Assembly: GCA_045837725.1 (NCBI GenBank) | Contig: JBEWZL010000193.1 | Span: 1 to 64,000, forward strand | Source: Vermamoeba vermiformis | Taxonomy: Eukaryota | Direction of reading: 5' to 3' | Length of the DNA stretch: 64,000 nt | In this document: piece by piece, positions 62,933-64,000 of the stretch | Layout of the letters: each line of letters starts with the position of its first letter | Numbering within the stretch: position 1 is the stretch's first letter | Position numbers and translations under genes: made by a program | Notes under the pieces: model-generated | Database searches by the model: none | What the model saw: the letters and a program-made list of their open reading frames with translations, nothing else | Told to the model about the DNA's origin: nothing

Positions 62933-64000
62933 TTACTTCTTAGCCTTGCTACGAGTAGTAGGTCCCTTCTTCTCCGTTTTGTCCTTCTTCTCGGTCTTGT
63001 CCTTTTTCACCTTAGCGTCAGATTTGTTCAAAGTTCTAGTCGCGCTCGTTGCAGTCGCAGATCCGTTGTCAGAAGTTTTGTTCTCTAACATGGACAATCG
63101 CAATGCCTCTTGATAGTCTCGCTCTTCAGGCGTCAATTCGATTTCAGTCTCCATCACTGACATTTGCAGGGCCTTTTTGAGCTGTTCTTCTTCGGTCTCA
63201 CTGTGCGCCGTCAATGAGGCCTTTAACGCCTTTTCCAATTCTTCGTCTTCTTTCTTTTTGGCCTACAATAACAAATTTAATGACTGAAATATTACCATAA
63301 AAGGAAATATTTAATATACGAACCTCTTCACGTTCGCGTCGTTGTCGTTCACGTTGTTCAATGGCAGTTTCATCGGGGCGATCGTTCACAGGCTCGTTTT
63401 GGTTCTTAGCAGCTCGTTTAGGCTTGGCATAAGCAACACGAATTTTGTCGTCAGTTGATGTACCGCGCCAGCCACGTGCTCCTGAACTCGAATGGTCGAC
63501 ATTGACAGCGACATCGACCAACGCGCGACGACTGTTTTGACCCAACTTGCTAATGTTCATAATTTCAATACGCGCTTCAGCGATATCATGGGGTTCTTTG
63601 TTCTCCAAGGAGCGCGAGATCTAAAAATAGCATCATAAATAAACCATTCCTAAGTAGATTTTTTCGACGAAAAGTTGCTCTCTAACGCGGATCTGGATCC
63701 AACTTACTTGTTCAGTATGACGCTCCAATTCATTTTGTCTATGCTCAAACAAGTTCTTGTTGACCTCGGGACATTGAATAGGTCTATAGAATCCGAAAAT
63801 ATAAGAGTTCATGAGGACAGTACGGCATTGGACCAGCTGCAAGATCGCATCCAAGTAGTATTGAGTAGCGGTCCAAGAAAGCGCGGTTTCTTCTTGAATC
63901 TTAAAGCGCCTATATTCAACAATATTAATAGCCGTATTAACAAATTTAAACAATTTAAATGAGCAAACGGATCCGTTACAAAAAAATTTGAACTCAGGTT
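62933..64000 (-). CDS. 3' part of an Ariadne-family RBR E3 ligase with C-terminal UIM-like repeats (5' end outside window)
   Basis: Ariadne domain YLDAILQLVQCRTVLMNSYIFGFY..LFEHRQNELERHTEQ. UIM-like EEELEKALKAS, EEEQLKKALQMS and YQEALRLS. Confidence 0.8.

Overview
This is eukaryotic nuclear DNA, not prokaryotic. It is a compact, gene-dense protist chromosome segment with many short AT-rich GT-AG introns and the standard genetic code. Gene content (expansin-like, GPI-anchored surface proteins, many F-box genes) suggests a free-living amoeba such as an amoebozoan; this is inference. I reconstructed about 30 spliced genes by eye, so exon boundaries are approximate. They include a RasGAP-like protein, two alpha/beta-hydrolases, an SDR, signal peptide peptidase, a DH-PH RhoGEF, an F-box/FIST protein, MPPED-like phosphoesterase, a divergent alpha-tubulin, an FNT channel, an SRA-YDG protein, COMMD3, a TONSL-like LRR protein, and RING and Ariadne ligases. 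Highlights: (1) bacterial-type polysaccharide-active enzymes carrying introns and GPI-like tails (heparinase II-like lyase, beta-helix protein, expansin-like); (2) a Kelch-DUF4419-LRR fusion; (3) a 950-bp foldback element with perfect 111-bp terminal inverted repeats next to a duplicated F-box exon; (4) a second inverted-repeat-bounded 1.7-kb segment at the left edge; (5) a 124-nt intergenic hairpin; (6) a small NDUFA1-like gene missed by the ORF track. I saw no CRISPR array, rRNA or tRNA.
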